In this document: in pieces, positions 63,233-64,000 of the stretch
Layout: each line of letters opens with the position of its first letter
Position numbering within the stretch: the stretch's first letter is position 1
DNA from: Azolla caroliniana
Lineage: Eukaryota > Plantae > Polypodiophyta
Assembly: GCA_043228905.1 (NCBI GenBank)
Contig: JBHGNT010000011.1
Coordinates: 13,764,001 to 13,828,000, forward strand
Length of the DNA: 64,000 bases
Direction of reading: 5' to 3'
The notes under the pieces: model-generated
Seen by the model: only the letters and a program-made list of their open reading frames with translations
Database searches by the model: none
Told to the model about the DNA's origin: nothing
Translations under genes and position numbers: made by a program

Positions 63233-64000
63233 ATTTGGATTTCTGAATGAATTGCTTAGGCCACAGCTAGGTTAAGAACATGCCAAGCTATATGTTGAAT
63301 GGCCGCAGAATCCCTAGTTTTGAGAAATCCTCTTCAGAGGGAAATAGGTTTAGTAATCTTCTTTTCAAGTGTGTTTGTTGAACTTTTTGGTTTGGTGTGC
63401 TTTGTTTTCTCATCCGCAGATGACCTTTTTGGTGTGATGTGTGGTGCATCTTTCTGATGCAAATAATGGCGTTCTGTACTGAATGCAATATGATGGATGT
63501 TATTTTATGGAATCAGTGTATTTAAGGCTGATTTAAATATCAAATGAACCTTCTTATGTTATCAGACAAATTTTCTGGTTTTGGAGTGTTTTGTTTTCTC
63601 CTTAATAGACAAACTTTTTTGGTGTGGGGTGTGGTGCATCTTTGTAATACAAATAATTGGACTCTTTTACTGATAATGAATGTTTTCTTATGGAATCAGT
63701 AATCTGAAGGTCCACTTGAATATCAAATGTTTGTGTGGTGTGGTATTTTGGATAGATATCGTTTTGTTTCTCAGATTGAACCAAGTTTATGTTGAATCTT
63801 TACCCCTTATTGGAAACAGTTGTCAATGATGCTGGGTCACAGTAATGTTGATGGAGGATAAGCCTCCTAGAGAAGGTTTTATAGACTTGACTGAATTAGC
63901 TGTTTCTCCTACCCATGTGGAGATGGTAGACTTGACTGAATTAGCTGTTTCTCTTACCCATGTGGAGATGGTTTAGGGGCGTAGTTATTAAAAAAATGTG

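Overview
Land-plant nuclear DNA, most likely a fern (inferred from the PLS-PPR motif style and from TE-swollen introns). Six apparently functional genes: V-ATPase subunit F (minus strand, 4 exons, with a 12.3-kb intron filled by three nested Ty1/copia elements), two intronless PLS/E-class PPR genes, the 3' part of a transketolase (5' end lost in an N gap), a secreted DUF538 protein, and eIF5 with a leader intron and a three-AUG upstream ORF. The intergenic DNA holds a near-intact copia element with TSD, two related solo LTRs, a gypsy fragment with a tRNA-Trp-type PBS, LINE remnants, a hAT-type MITE in two copies, and a ~5.7-kb inverted-repeat-bounded insertion that splits a duplicated PPR start/promoter. 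It also holds two PPR pseudogenes, a Ca2+-ATPase fragment and many short tandem duplications. I see no evidence of a wholly new biological system; the best leads are regulatory and structural. Coordinates were read by eye and may be off by a few bases.
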